Assembly: GCA_963777725.1 (NCBI GenBank)
Contig: CAVZRR010000009.1
Span: 13,050-77,049 of the forward strand
Length of the DNA: 64,000 nucleotides
Reading direction: 5' to 3'
DNA from: an uncultured Gammaproteobacteria bacterium
GTDB taxonomy: Bacteria; Pseudomonadota; Gammaproteobacteria; Steroidobacterales; Steroidobacteraceae
The notes under the pieces were generated by a model. It was not told the origin of the DNA. It did no database searches and saw nothing but the letters and a program-made list of their open reading frames with translations. A program made the position numbers and the translations under genes. Below are positions 26,285 through 35,394 of this stretch, piece by piece; the stretch's first letter is position 1; each line of letters opens with the position of its first letter.

Positions 26285-29200
26285 AACCAACGCCACCCGA
26301 CCTGTCGGCCTCGGTCACGATCGACCCGGAAAATCCGTGGCTCGGTCTGTCGTCGTACTCCGAGGAGACCCGCGCGTATTTCCACGGCCGGGACGAGGAA
26401 GCGGCCGAGCTCGCTCGTCGCGTGCAGCGCAAGCTCCTCACCGTGCTGTTCGGCCAGTCCGGGCTCGGCAAGACTTCGCTGCTGCGGGCCGGCCTCGTGC
26501 CGCGGCTGCGCGGCGAGGGCTTCTGCCCGATATACGTGCGCGTGGACTACTCGCCCGAGTCGCCGCCGCCGTCGGAGCAGATCAAGCAGGCGATCTTCAG
26601 GGCCACCGCCGCAGCCGGCCACTGGTCCCGGCCCGGGTCGGCGATCGAGGGTGAATCGTTGTGGGAGTTCCTGCATCACCGCGGCGATCTGCTGCGCGAT
26701 GCGGCCGGCCGCACGCTGCTGCCCCTGCTGATCTTCGACCAGTTCGAGGAGATCTTCACGCTGGCGCAGGCGGATGACGCTGGTCGGCAGCGCGCGAAGG
26801 CATTTCTCGAGGACCTCGCGGATCTCGTCGAGAACCGCCCGCCGGCGGATCTCGAGCGACGGCTCGAGCACGACGAGGCCGACGCCGGGCACTACGACTT
26901 CTCGCGCGCCGACTACCGGATCCTGATCGCACTTCGCGAGGACTACCTCGCCCACCTCGAGAGCGTGAAAGGCATCATGCCCTCGATCACGCAGAACCGC
27001 ATGCGACTGGCGCGCATGAGCGGCGCGCAGGCGTTGAGCGCCGTGGTCAAGCCGGGCGGGCGGCTCGTATCGCAGGAAGTGGCCGAGTCGATCGTCCGCT
27101 TCGTTGCCGGTGGCTCGGAACTCACGAATGCCGAGGTCGAGCCATCGTTGCTGAGCCTCGTGTGCCGCGAGTTGAACACCGTGCGCCTGAACCAAAGTCG
27201 CGCGGAAATCTCGGCCGACCTGCTGGCGGGTTCGCGAGACACGATCCTCACGGAGTTCTATGAGCGGGCGCTCGCCGACCAGCCGGCCGGCGTGCGACGG
27301 GTGATCGAGGACGAGTTGCTGACGGAGTCCGGCTATCGCGAAAGCCTGGCCGAAGAACGCGTGACGAAGGCTCTCGCCGCGGCCGGTGCGGCGCCGGACG
27401 CGCTCGCGAAGCTGGTAGACCGTCGCCTGCTGCGCATCGAGGAACGGCTCGACATGCGCCGCGTGGAACTCACGCACGACGTGCTGTGCAGCGTCGTGCG
27501 CGGCAGCCGCGACCTGCGCCACGAACGCGAGGCCCGCGACGAGGCCGAACGCCAGCTCGCCGCGCAGCAGGCGCGCGAGGCGGAGACGCATCGCACGCTC
27601 GTCCGCACGCGCAAGGTGGCGCTCGTCAGCGCGGTGCTGATGCTGGTGGCCGTCGCCAGCGCCGTGTTCGGCTGGGTCAATTACCGCCGGGCGCACCAGG
27701 CGGACCTCGCGGCGCAGCAGGCGCGCGCCGACGCGGAAAAGCTCGTCGGGTTCCTGATCGAAGATTTCTACGCCGAGCTCGAGCCGACCGGGCGACTGGA
27801 AACCATGGGCAAGCTCGCGCACCTGGCCGTGAGCTATTACGACGGGCTGCCGCCAGAGCTCCGGACGCCCCAGACGCAGCTCTACCGTGGCATGGCGCTG
27901 GTGCGCGAAGGCGGCGCGCTGCTCGCCCGGGGCGACGTCGAGGCCGCCAACCCGAAGCTCGACGAGGCTCGGGCGCTGTTCGAGGCATTGCGGGCGGCGG
28001 ACGCCAGCAACGAACAGGCCACGATCGGCCTCGCACTGACGCTTTTCGCTCGGTTCTCGAGTTGGGGTCCCGCCGGCGCGCCGGGCGGCAAGGAAGGCGA
28101 CCTGCAGCTGGCTGCGGACCTGCTGCGGCCCCTCGTCCAGGAAGCGACGGGTTCGCGCCAGGCGAAAGTCGTCTATGCGGACGTGCTGAATTTCCTCAGC
28201 CACCAGCAGACGAAGGAAATGGGCATCGCCACCTGCGAGGAGGCGCGCAAGGTCCTCGTCGGCCTGGGCGCGCTCGACTTCACCGACCTGAACGCCGCGT
28301 CGATCTACGCCGACACCAGCGACTCGCAGGCCCGTCACGCCCTGGCGCTCGGCAGGCTGGAGGAGTCCGAACGGCTCACGCACGAGGTCTACGCGATCGC
28401 CGAAAAGGTGCTGGCGCAGCGCCCGGGGGACTTCCGATCCATGCGCAATCGCGCGCTGGCGGCCGACCTCCTCGGCCAACTGGCCATGCGCCGCCACGAC
28501 TATGTCGCCGCCGCGGAGTACGCGGCACGAACCGAACTGGCCGGCCAGAACTATGTGCAGTTCAACCCGTCGGACCTGAGTGCCTGGGACTACTGGATCC
28601 GCGGCAAGGACCAGGTGTCCGATACGCTGTTCGAGCGCGGCCGCGTGCTCGAGTCGATCGACGTGCTGCGCGCCGCCGTGGCGCTGGAGAAGGACGCCCG
28701 CCTGCCATCCAGCCTCAGTCCGCAGCTCAACTGGACGTGGGCCGAGCTCGCAGGACAGGAAGCCCGGTCCGGGCAACGAGCCAATGCGGAGAAGTCGCTG
28801 CGGGAAGCGATTCGTGCGAACGACGAATTGTTGAAGGTCTCCGGCAATACCGGCCAATGGCGCGAACTGCTGCCGCTGATGCCCGATGCGTGGCGGCAGC
28901 GGTTGGACCTGTATTTCGGGGACTACCCGGCCGCGCTCGAGGGCTCCGCAGCAAATGCACGTCGCCTGGGTGGGCTGCAGTTGCCGGCGGATGACGAGAA
29001 CGCCCAACGGATTCGTGCCAATCTGCTGCGTTTCACGCTCGGCACCGCAGCAATGGCGGCCCTGCGACTTGGCCGCGACGCCGAAGCCGAGAGCGCGCTG
29101 CGGGAGCGGCTGACCCTGCCGCCCAACCCGTTCTCCGGAGCCGATCCGCAGGATGAGGTGTCGCGCTCCCAGGTGATGCTGGCCCACGCCGTCACACGGC

Positions 29201-29481
29201 AGGGTCGTAGCGCCGAGGCGCGCGAGATCCTGCAGCCCGCACTGCAGCGCTATCGCGCCGCACAAACGCAAGGCGCCAGCGGCATCACGTTCCAGCGTGA
29301 TCTCGCCTATGCCCTTTATGCCAACGCAATCGCGCAGGACGGCGACCGCGAGGGCCGGGAGCAACGGGAAGCGTCGCTGGCGGAGGCCGCGAAACTGCTG
29401 TCGAACCTGCCGGCGGAGGCGCAGCAGATCTGGGACATACGCGTGGTGGCCGACCTGGTCGACGCCGCCCGGGGCAGTTGA
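26281..29481 (+). CDS. STAND-type P-loop NTPase with one TM helix and a ~600-aa TPR-like C-terminal region
   Basis: The ATG overlaps the upstream stop (GCATGA). NPWLGLSSYSEETRAYFHGRDEEAAEL, Walker A LFGQSGLGKTSLLRAGLVP, Walker B LLIFDQFEEIF. TM helix VALVSAVLMLVAVASAVFGWVNY flanked by RTRK and RRAH. Helical-repeat tail. Confidence 0.75.
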   Translation: MKPTPPDLSASVTIDPENPWLGLSSYSEETRAYFHGRDEEAAELARRVQRKLLTVLFGQSGLGKTSLLRAGLVPRLRGEGFCPIYVRVDYSPESPPPSEQIKQAIFRATAAAGHWSRPGSAIEGESLWEFLHHRGDLLRDAAGRTLLPLLIFDQFEEIFTLAQADDAGRQRAKAFLEDLADLVENRPPADLERRLEHDEADAGHYDFSRADYRILIALREDYLAHLESVKGIMPSITQNRMRLARMSGAQALSAVVKPGGRLVSQEVAESIVRFVAGGSELTNAEVEPSLLSLVCRELNTVRLNQSRAEISADLLAGSRDTILTEFYERALADQPAGVRRVIEDELLTESGYRESLAEERVTKALAAAGAAPDALAKLVDRRLLRIEERLDMRRVELTHDVLCSVVRGSRDLRHEREARDEAERQLAAQQAREAETHRTLVRTRKVALVSAVLMLVAVASAVFGWVNYRRAHQADLAAQQARADAEKLVGFLIEDFYAELEPTGRLETMGKLAHLAVSYYDGLPPELRTPQTQLYRGMALVREGGALLARGDVEAANPKLDEARALFEALRAADASNEQATIGLALTLFARFSSWGPAGAPGGKEGDLQLAADLLRPLVQEATGSRQAKVVYADVLNFLSHQQTKEMGIATCEEARKVLVGLGALDFTDLNAASIYADTSDSQARHALALGRLEESERLTHEVYAIAEKVLAQRPGDFRSMRNRALAADLLGQLAMRRHDYVAAAEYAARTELAGQNYVQFNPSDLSAWDYWIRGKDQVSDTLFERGRVLESIDVLRAAVALEKDARLPSSLSPQLNWTWAELAGQEARSGQRANAEKSLREAIRANDELLKVSGNTGQWRELLPLMPDAWRQRLDLYFGDYPAALEGSAANARRLGGLQLPADDENAQRIRANLLRFTLGTAAMAALRLGRDAEAESALRERLTLPPNPFSGADPQDEVSRSQVMLAHAVTRQGRSAEAREILQPALQRYRAAQTQGASGITFQRDLAYALYANAIAQDGDREGREQREASLAEAAKLLSNLPAEAQQIWDIRVVADLVDAARGS

Positions 29482-29502
29482 CGAACCTGCGGAGCAAGGA
29501 CG

Positions 29503-30678
29503 ATGTCTGACCGAGCACCGATCCCACGTGACCCGGACAACGACTACACGCCGGAAATGGCCGAGCGCCGGGCCGAGTTCCTGCGCGAGAAGACCGGCAC
29601 GACGCTGAACCACGTGCGGCGCGCGTCGTTCGACCCGGCCGTGCTGCCCGGCAACATCGAGAATTTCATCGGCGTCGCGCAGGTGCCGATCGGCCTGGCG
29701 GGGCCGCTGCGCATCAATGGCGAGCACGCCCAGGGCGACTTCTACGTGCCGCTCGCGACCACGGAAGGCACGCTGGTCGCGAGCTACAGCCGCGGCATGC
29801 GGGTGGTGTCCGAGTGCGGCGGCGTCACGGCGACCGTCGTCAAGCGTTCGATGCAACGCGCGCCCGTGTTCATGTTCGGCACCGCGCGCGAGGCGCGCGA
29901 TTTCGGCGAGTGGCTGACCCAGCGCTTCGACGACGTGAAGCAGGCCGCGGAAGCGACCACGCGCAGCGGGCGGCTGGTCGAGATCGAGCAGTACGCGATC
30001 GGCAACCTGCTCTACCTGCGCTTCAACTACACGACGGGCGACGCGGCCGGCCAGAACATGACGGGCAAGGCCACGCATGCCGCCTGCGAGTGGATCCACG
30101 CGACGCACCCGTCGCGGCCGAAGTACATGCTGTCCGGCAGCATCGACACCGACAAGAAGCACTCGGCGATCAACACGCTGCGCACGCGCGGCCGCCGCGT
30201 GGTCGCCGAGGCCGTGATCAAGAACGACGTGCTGCAGCGACTGATGCGCGTGGACACGCGCACGCTGTTCAAGGCGCGGCAGGTGTCGAACGCCGGGGCG
30301 TTGCTCGCCGGCACGGCCTACAACGGGCCACACGCGGCGAACGGCATCACGGCGATGTTCATCGCCACGGGACAGGACGTCGCCAACGTCGCGGAGTCGC
30401 ACGCGGGCATCACCTACGCGCAGCTGCTCGACAACGGCGACTACTACTGGTCCGTGACGCTGACCTCGCTGATCGTCGCGACCTACGGCGGCGGCACCGG
30501 CCTGCCGACGCAGCGCGAGTGCCTCGAGCTGCTCGACTGCTACGGCAATGGCAAGGCCGACAAGCTCGCCGAGATCGTCGCGGCCGTGGTGCTCGCGGGC
30601 GACATCTCGCTCGGCAGCGCCGTGCTCGCCGGCGACTGGGTGACGAGCCACGAGAAGCTGGGCCGCAACCGGCCCTGA
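29503..30678 (+). CDS. Class I hydroxymethylglutaryl-CoA reductase (soluble catalytic domain)
   Basis: ENFIGVAQVPIGLAGPL, PLATTEGTLVASYSRG, TGDAAGQNM, ATYGGGTGLPTQRECLELL. These are class-I HMGR signature blocks from memory. Starts 21 nt after the STAND gene stop. Confidence 0.8.
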   Translation: MSDRAPIPRDPDNDYTPEMAERRAEFLREKTGTTLNHVRRASFDPAVLPGNIENFIGVAQVPIGLAGPLRINGEHAQGDFYVPLATTEGTLVASYSRGMRVVSECGGVTATVVKRSMQRAPVFMFGTAREARDFGEWLTQRFDDVKQAAEATTRSGRLVEIEQYAIGNLLYLRFNYTTGDAAGQNMTGKATHAACEWIHATHPSRPKYMLSGSIDTDKKHSAINTLRTRGRRVVAEAVIKNDVLQRLMRVDTRTLFKARQVSNAGALLAGTAYNGPHAANGITAMFIATGQDVANVAESHAGITYAQLLDNGDYYWSVTLTSLIVATYGGGTGLPTQRECLELLDCYGNGKADKLAEIVAAVVLAGDISLGSAVLAGDWVTSHEKLGRNRP

Positions 30679-30682
30679 GCCG

Positions 30683-31750
30683 TCACGGCACCAGCGACAG
30701 GAACAGGAACGCCGCGAAGATCACCAGCTGCACGGCGCCCTGCATCATGTTGGTCCGGCCGCTGCCGAGCGCGATCGAGCCAACCACGAAGCTGAGCGTC
30801 ATCAGCACCATGTCCTTCGCCGCGAGACCGAGCACCAGCGGCAGGTCGAACAGCGCCGCGACCAGCACCACCGCCGGCACGGTGAGCCCGATGCTGGCGA
30901 GCGCCGAACCCAGCGCCAGGTTCAGGCTGGTCTGGAATCGGTTGGCCAGCGCGGCACGCAGCGCCGAAACGGTCTCGGGCAGCAACACGACGAGCGCGAT
31001 CGCGATGCCGACGACGGCGTGCGGCGCGCCGGCGGCCCGCACAGCCGCCTCGATCAGCGGCGACAACATCTTGGCGAGGCCGACGACCGACACCAGCGAA
31101 ACCAGCAACAGCGCCAGGCTCGCCAGCGCCTGCCTGACCGAGGGCGGCGGCGCGTGGCTCGCCTCGTTGGCCGGATCGACCCGCGGCAGGAAATAATCGC
31201 GATGGCGCACGGTCTGGAAGAACACGAACACGCACCACAGCAGCAGCGACGAAACCCCGACGAACGCCAGCTGGGTCGGTGAATAGCTGCCGCCCGCCGC
31301 GCTCTTCGTGAACACGGGCATGACCAGCACGAGCGTCGCCAGCGTGACCATGGCCCCAAACGCGGGACCGGCACCCTCGATCCGGAAGGTCTGTTCGCGG
31401 TGGCGCAAGCCGCCCAGCAGCAGGCAGATGCCGATCACGCCACTGCTGATGATCATCACGGTCGCATAGACCGTGTCGCGCGCCAGGGCCGCCTTGTCCG
31501 GCCCACCAGCCAGCATCAGCGAAATGATCAGCGCGACCTCGATTGCCGTGATCGCCAGTGCGAGCACCAGCGTGCCGAACGGTTCGCCCACCCGATGCGC
31601 AACGACCTCGGCGTGGTGGACCGCGGCCAGCACGGAAGCCACCAGTGCGATCACCGAGAGCACGGCCAGTGCCGTCCCGAGCGGCATCAGCAGCGTGGTT
31701 GCCAGCAGCGACGCGGCGCCCAACGGGACGAAAACGGGCCAATGGGTCAA
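30683..31750 (-). CDS. chaA: ChaA-like Ca2+/H+ (cation/proton) antiporter
   Basis: VHHAEVVAHRVGEPFGTLVLALAITAIEVALI and LLPETVSALRAALANRFQTSLNLALGSALASIGLTVP are colinear with E. coli ChaA as I remember it. Probable TTG start at 31750. Confidence 0.75.
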   Translation of the reverse strand: MTHWPVFVPLGAASLLATTLLMPLGTALAVLSVIALVASVLAAVHHAEVVAHRVGEPFGTLVLALAITAIEVALIISLMLAGGPDKAALARDTVYATVMIISSGVIGICLLLGGLRHREQTFRIEGAGPAFGAMVTLATLVLVMPVFTKSAAGGSYSPTQLAFVGVSSLLLWCVFVFFQTVRHRDYFLPRVDPANEASHAPPPSVRQALASLALLLVSLVSVVGLAKMLSPLIEAAVRAAGAPHAVVGIAIALVVLLPETVSALRAALANRFQTSLNLALGSALASIGLTVPAVVLVAALFDLPLVLGLAAKDMVLMTLSFVVGSIALGSGRTNMMQGAVQLVIFAAFLFLSLVP

Positions 31751-31811
31751 AGCTGTCGCTCTTCTGCGGTGACGGGCCGATAGAATGGCAGACAAACCCG
31801 GAGCCCCGCCA

Positions 31812-32231
31812 ATGAGATCAAAGGCCTTCCCACTGCTGCTGCTCGCCTGTGCAGCGCTCACGCCAACGATCGCGAGCGCCTTCACTTTCGGCTTCCTGCG
31901 CAACACCGTGCTGCAGCGGCTCACACCGGAAGACATCCAGATCGGCAGCCGGGCGACGCGCGTCGCGCTCGACAGCGGCGAGAACGGCGAGTGGTCGAAT
32001 CCAGCCACCGGCGCGTCCGGCACGATCCGCATCCTCGCCACCGTCGACGTGGACGATCGCAGGGGTTGCCGGCGCACCCGGCTCGCGGTCACCGCCGGCG
32101 GGCAGACCGGCAGCGGCACCTACATCCTCTGCAAGGTTCCGAGCGGCGAGTGGAACTTCTACACGCCGCGGCCCGGCGCCACGCTGACGCCGTCTCAGGC
32201 CGAACCAGGCGCCCCGGCAAACGCGACGTAG
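31812..32231 (+). CDS. Surface-antigen-like secreted protein (RT0821/Lpp0805-like)
   Basis: Signal peptide MRSKAFPLLLLACAALTPTIASA. Motifs W-NPATGASGTIRIL...GCRRTRL...ILCKVPSGEW. Confidence 0.6.
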   Translation: MRSKAFPLLLLACAALTPTIASAFTFGFLRNTVLQRLTPEDIQIGSRATRVALDSGENGEWSNPATGASGTIRILATVDVDDRRGCRRTRLAVTAGGQTGSGTYILCKVPSGEWNFYTPRPGATLTPSQAEPGAPANAT

Positions 32232-32920
32232 ACGCGCTTGTTGCGCCGTCCCTTGCTCTCGACCTTGGTCACCGCGACGGGTCCGATCTCGCCGGTCGCG
32301 GCGACGTGGGTGCCGCCGCAGGGCTGCAGGTCCACCCCGGGAATCTCGAGCAGCCGAATGCGGCCCGCGCCACGCGGCGGCTGCACGGACATCGTGCGCA
32401 CGAGCTCGGGCTGACGATCGAGTTCCTCGTCGCTGATCCACTGCGAGCGGATCGGGTGGTTGGCGGCGATCAACGCGTTGACGGCCTCGCTCACTCGCTC
32501 CTTGTCGACCTCGTCCTGCGTGTCGAAATCGAGCCGTCCCTTGTCGGCCGCAATCTGCCCACCCGTGACCCCATACCGCAGCACCGAGCCCAGCAGGTGC
32601 AGGCACGTGTGCATGCGCATGTGCGCGTGCCGGCGCTCCCAGTCGAGCGCAGCCTCGACCTCCTCGCCGACCGCGGGCACGATCTCGTCCGCGGCAAGCA
32701 CGTGCAGGACCCGTCCGCCCTCGCCTTTGCGGGTGTCGACGATGCGCAGCTCGCGTCCATCCGCTGTCCGCAGCACGCCCGTGTCGCCGGGTTGCCCACC
32801 GCCGAGCGGATAGAACACGGTGCGGTCGAGCACGACGCCGCCCGCCGCGACCTCGACGACTCGCGCGGGACACTGGCGCAGGTACGCGTCCTGCTGGAAC
32901 AGCGGTTCAGTGATCGGCAT
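32195..32920 (-). CDS. AlaX-like alanyl-tRNA editing protein
   Basis: FYPLGGGQPGDTG, HMRMHTCLHLL (HxxxH), and CGGTHV near the C-terminus. Confidence 0.8.
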   Translation of the reverse strand: MPITEPLFQQDAYLRQCPARVVEVAAGGVVLDRTVFYPLGGGQPGDTGVLRTADGRELRIVDTRKGEGGRVLHVLAADEIVPAVGEEVEAALDWERRHAHMRMHTCLHLLGSVLRYGVTGGQIAADKGRLDFDTQDEVDKERVSEAVNALIAANHPIRSQWISDEELDRQPELVRTMSVQPPRGAGRIRLLEIPGVDLQPCGGTHVAATGEIGPVAVTKVESKGRRNKRVYVAFAGAPGSA

Positions 32921-33329
32921 CGGCGTCACGGTCTTCCGGAACGAGCTTTTCGAGGAAATCCAGCACGATCGCCCGCTCCTCGGCATTGCGCACGCCGCCG
33001 AACGTCATGTCGATGCCGGGTGCAAACGCCTGCGGCGCCGCCAGGAATCGATCCAGCGTCGGCCGATCCCAGTGGCCCTCGATCTTGCGCAGCCCGGCCG
33101 AATACTCGAACGAGTCGAGGCTGGCGATCCGGCGCCCCACGACCTGCCACAGCGAAGGGCCTTCGAGCGGCGGCTCGTCCGGCTGGTACGCGTGGCAGGA
33201 GATGCACGCCTCGAAGGCCTCAGGTACCTCCAGCGCGGCCTCGGACGACGCCGCAGCCTCGCGGTTGCCGATCGCCAGGACCAGCCCAAGCATGACCGGC
33301 GTGATGATGCGAGTTCGATGCCTGCTCAT
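32907..33329 (-). CDS. Class I c-type cytochrome
   Basis: Signal/TM MSRHRTRIITPVMLGLVLAIG, haem motif CISCH, and downstream M in IDMTFGG. Confidence 0.75.
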   Translation of the reverse strand: MSRHRTRIITPVMLGLVLAIGNREAAASSEAALEVPEAFEACISCHAYQPDEPPLEGPSLWQVVGRRIASLDSFEYSAGLRKIEGHWDRPTLDRFLAAPQAFAPGIDMTFGGVRNAEERAIVLDFLEKLVPEDRDADADH

Positions 33330-33375
33330 TGATCCTCCACCTCCCCCCCCGAGTATCCATGGCGACGCGCGCGGG

Positions 33376-35394
33376 TCAAACCGTTGCAACCGCGGCGGGC
33401 GGCCAGAAGAAGTCGCGCGGCCGGCTCAGGAACCGGCGCAGCACCCGCGCCCAGAGCCCGCGCGTCTGCTCGGGCGTGATGCCACGCGAGCGCAGCGCGA
33501 CCTTCAGCGCGAGCCAGAAGCTGACGACCAGGTTGACCAGGCCGATCAGCAGCACGCCCGCGAAGCTGACCACGACGGTCGACACCGGCACCGCGAACTC
33601 GAGCGCGTTCAAGCCGTAGGCGAAGTTGGCGCTCGAGAAGGCGACGTGACGGATGTCGAGCGGCAGTCCGAGCAGCTCACCCGCGATCGGCGTGCAGCCC
33701 AGCATGCAGCCGAACAGGAAGTTACCCGCCAGCGCGCCGAGATTGTGCTCGACGTAGTCGGCAAGCCGCCCGAGCCGTTCGTCCCCAAGCAGTCGGCGCA
33801 ACGACTTCACGCGGCGCAGTCGCTCGGGCACGCGGTGGTACAGCGACTGGTTGTCGTAATAGCCCGAGATGAGTCCGCTCAGGAAAAGATAGACGCCGGC
33901 GATCGCCGCGTGCAGCAGCGCGAGGCTGCGCCACGGATGCAGGTCGTGCAGCAGGTGCGCCGCCTTGTCCGGCCCCACCGGATCCCAGCCGAGGAACCGG
34001 CCCGCCGTCATCGCGATCGCAAACGCAGCGAGCAGGCAGATCGTCACGTTGCCCGCGATCGAGATCCACTGCGTGCGGCTTACCTCGGCCGCGAGGTCCG
34101 CCAGCACGTCCAGCCGCGCCTCGCGATTGTCCCGGCCGTCGAGTTCCGCGGCGAGCGTCGCGGCGGTCATCGCCGGTTGCTTGGTGGCGATGGTCAGGTG
34201 CAGCACGTGGATCAGCACGAAGCCGACGCCGTAGTTGAGGCTGAACGCGACCGCCTCCCAGACGGGGGGCAGGTCGAGCTTCGCGGTCAGGATCTTGACC
34301 AGCGCCATCGCGGCGATGATCAGTCCGGCCCCGGCCGCGGCGCGGTACATGGCGAAGTATTCGCCGCGGGACGCGGTGATGTAGTGCTCGCCGGAGTGGC
34401 TCGCCTGCTCCGTGACGCGCCGCGCGAGCAGTTCAGTGGTGCCGCGGAACAGGTCGCGGATGCTGTTGCGGCGATTCTCCTGCCGGACCAGGCGCAGGAA
34501 GAACTCGAGCTCGCGACTGTGCGCCACGCCGGCCGCGCCGGGTGCAGACGGCACGAGCAGCTCACGCAGCTCGCGCAGCCGCGCGAGGATCTGCTCGATC
34601 CGCGCCAGCAGGAAGACGAGGTTGACGCCGACGCCCGCCTCCCGGGAACGGCGGCGCAGCGTGTCCACGTACTCGTCGCACTGGCAGAGCAGCACCTCGA
34701 GGTGCCCGTCGTCGGGAGACGACGGCAAGGTCTCGGCATGGTGCTCGATGAAGCCACGCACCTCGGCCATCTGGGCGAGGAACGGCGATTCGTGGCGCGC
34801 CAGCGCGGGCAGGTACTGCAGCAGCGCGGTGTCGGTGCCGAGCGCCGCGAGCCGCACGGAATCGAGCCGCATTGCCTCGAGGGCCTCGTGGCGGCATTTG
34901 CGCCGCGCCGGCGCAAAGTCGTCGCCATCCACGCCGATCGCGTCGAGCAATGCGGCCCAGTCCGCGCGCGGCACGGCGAACATCCAGCGGTGATCCTCGG
35001 GGTGGTCGAACACCTCGACGACCAGGTCGCGCAGGTATTCGGTGTCCACCGCGGGGGGCAACAGTCGCCCGAGCAGGCGCCGGACCAGCCCGCTCATGAA
35101 ACCCGGGTTGGTCAGGATGCCGGACTCCGCATAGAGAATGCGGTGCATCCGTGACGTGAGCAGGCCGCCGAGATGGGCGTTCAGGGCCGCTGCGAATTCG
35201 GGTCGGGCGCGCAGGACGCCGATCAACGAGCGCAAGTGCTCGCTGGCGGCCGCGAGGCTGTCGCGACCGCGGGGACGGATCTCGGCGACCAGCCGCGCGA
35301 GCCACTCGCCGGAAGTGACGGGCGGGCGGTCCTGGAGTTCCTGCAGCAGGCGGGCGAAGGCCTCCGTGCGATCGTCAGTCGCGCTGGGATTCAT
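33376..35394 (-). CDS. Gcr-type 'site-specific recombinase' family (PF10136-like) multi-TM protein
   Basis: Long helical N-terminal half and multi-TM C-terminal half (AAAGAGLIIAAMALVKIL ..., GVLLIGLVNLVVSFWLAL). The family name is from memory of the annotation label only. Confidence 0.55.
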   Translation of the reverse strand: MNPSATDDRTEAFARLLQELQDRPPVTSGEWLARLVAEIRPRGRDSLAAASEHLRSLIGVLRARPEFAAALNAHLGGLLTSRMHRILYAESGILTNPGFMSGLVRRLLGRLLPPAVDTEYLRDLVVEVFDHPEDHRWMFAVPRADWAALLDAIGVDGDDFAPARRKCRHEALEAMRLDSVRLAALGTDTALLQYLPALARHESPFLAQMAEVRGFIEHHAETLPSSPDDGHLEVLLCQCDEYVDTLRRRSREAGVGVNLVFLLARIEQILARLRELRELLVPSAPGAAGVAHSRELEFFLRLVRQENRRNSIRDLFRGTTELLARRVTEQASHSGEHYITASRGEYFAMYRAAAGAGLIIAAMALVKILTAKLDLPPVWEAVAFSLNYGVGFVLIHVLHLTIATKQPAMTAATLAAELDGRDNREARLDVLADLAAEVSRTQWISIAGNVTICLLAAFAIAMTAGRFLGWDPVGPDKAAHLLHDLHPWRSLALLHAAIAGVYLFLSGLISGYYDNQSLYHRVPERLRRVKSLRRLLGDERLGRLADYVEHNLGALAGNFLFGCMLGCTPIAGELLGLPLDIRHVAFSSANFAYGLNALEFAVPVSTVVVSFAGVLLIGLVNLVVSFWLALKVALRSRGITPEQTRGLWARVLRRFLSRPRDFFWPPAAVATV

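Noticed and set aside
26086-30651. 1521-aa ORF on the minus strand, the longest in the track
   Set aside because: It runs exactly antisense to the SIR2-TIR 3' end, the STAND gene and the HMGR gene, all of which have clear domain motifs. Its translation is Arg/Ala/Gly/Leu-rich with no motif. It is a typical open antisense frame of high-GC coding DNA.
33376-35394. 'Site-specific recombinase' family gene as a marker of a mobile element
   Set aside because: The protein is a large multi-TM protein of the Gcr-type family, whose name is historical. I saw no flanking inverted or direct repeats, no tRNA target and no phage or IS genes, so there is no support for a mobile element.
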